From Promethearchaeota archaeon (GTDB taxonomy: Archaea > Asgardarchaeota > Odinarchaeia > Odinarchaeales > JBHLKK01), in the NCBI GenBank assembly GCA_048939465.1, contig JBHLPL010000110.1:1-6377 (forward strand): a stretch of 6,377 nucleotides of DNA, in the 5' to 3' direction. A program made the position numbers and the translations under genes. The notes beneath the pieces were generated by a model. The model saw nothing but the letters and a program-made list of their open reading frames with translations, was not told the DNA's origin and did no database searches. Position 1 is the stretch's first letter. Each line of letters begins with the position of its first letter. Shown piece after piece: positions 6,351 to 6,377 of the stretch.

Positions 6351-6377
6351 TGGTAGGCGATCTTCTTCACAAATTTC

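Overview
Accessory, defence-island-like locus with two divergent transcription units separated by a 579-bp intergenic region. On the left (minus strand) is a long CDS that the ORF track missed because it runs off the window edge (1405..<1, at least 468 codons, no in-frame stop). It reads as WYL domain, S/T/G-rich linker, winged HTH, a region typical of COG1112-type helicase N-termini, and the start of an SF1 (UPF1/DNA2-like) helicase, with the Walker A cut at the window edge. On the plus strand is a compact three-gene operon: a ParB-family protein with an HTH but no ParA partner (1985..3016), a 494-aa HD-superfamily phosphohydrolase with an unassigned N-terminal domain (3033..4517), and an alpha-class amino-DNA methyltransferase with an SPPY motif, probably N4-cytosine (4514..5788, ATGA-coupled to the HD gene). 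No recognisable restriction endonuclease is present. The intergenic region has near-consensus sigma70-type promoters in both directions and a perfect 18-bp palindrome between them. At the right end is a convergent, GC-richer tandem ribbon-helix-helix ORF whose frame stays open to the window edge. The ParB-HD-MTase operon, possibly with the WYL-helicase, matches no named system I recognise and is the best candidate for an undescribed defence or DNA-modification system. All family assignments come from motifs read by eye and no database search was run.
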